This document shows, piece after piece, positions 19,800 through 20,243 of a stretch of 20,243 bases of DNA (the first letter of the stretch is position 1; the number at the start of each line of letters is the position of its first letter). The translations under genes and the position numbers were made by a program. Source of the stretch: Octopus sinensis. Taxonomy: Eukaryota. Below the pieces are notes generated by a model. The model was not told the DNA's origin. It did no database searches and saw only the letters and a program-made list of their open reading frames with translations. The stretch spans positions 1 to 20,243 of the forward strand of contig NW_021824039.1 in the NCBI RefSeq assembly GCF_006345805.1, given 5' to 3'.

Positions 19800-19976
19800 A
19801 TTCTTTTATTCTTTTACTTGTTTCAGTCATGTGACAACAGCCATATTGGAACACCGCCTTAAAATTGTCTTTTAGTCGAAGAAATCGAACCCAGTACTTA
19901 TTTTTTGTAAGCCTAGTACTTATTCTATCGGTCCCTTTCGCCAAACCGCTAAGTTACAGGGACACAAACACATCAA
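19800..19976 (-). mobile_element. 3' half of SINE family A (5'-truncated)
   Basis: Aligns to 1230-1397 (ttcttttattcttttac...gtaagcctagtacttattctatcggtc...gccaaaccgctaagttac). Confidence 0.88.
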
Positions 19977-20046
19977 GATATATATATTTCGTTTTGGGTT
20001 TGCTTTGCAAGATTCTTTATGTGAGTTCGTGTGTTGAAGCATATTC

Positions 20047-20197
20047 TGTTGTGTCTGGGGAGAGTCATTCTCTTTTGGTGCCTTATAATTTAACACACTC
20101 ACCGGTAAAAAAAAAGAAGTGGTAATTTGGTAATTTTACCGGTGAGTGTGCTAAATTATAAGGCACCAGAAGAGAATGGCTCTCCCCCGACACAACA
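20047..20197. repeat. Fold-back element with 64-bp arms, 20047-20110 / 20134-20197
   Basis: 4 mismatches; both arms carry ACCGGT next to the 23-bp spacer; followed by (TA)n. Confidence 0.92.

Positions 20198-20243
<46 letters not shown>

Overview
AT-rich eukaryotic DNA saturated with microsatellites and transposon debris. The SINE families and repeat landscape match what I recall of Octopus (coleoid cephalopod) genomes; the taxon is an inference. There is no intact protein-coding ORF, and nearly all supplied ORFs are microsatellite read-throughs. Supported elements: three tRNA-derived SINE families, one copy with a 16-bp TSD beside a mariner 'GDETWVY' remnant; a complete non-autonomous Helitron (TC...hairpin-CTAG) nested in a probable hAT transposase relic; a decayed Helitron RepHel/PIF1 segment; a 5'-truncated R4/Dong LINE in a (TAA)n tract; and several fold-back elements, including a ~330-bp-arm palindrome. 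The most striking signal is a set of type-I hammerhead ribozyme motifs in short unique islands between (TA)n tracts, probably Penelope-like pLTR or retrozyme remnants. Two are minimal and carry the compensatory U3-A8 core (UUGAAAA) at 6.3 and 7.3 kb. One has a canonical core with a very long, G-U-rich stem II at 13.0 kb. There are also degenerate relatives. Possible small exons of a minus-strand host gene are reported with low confidence.
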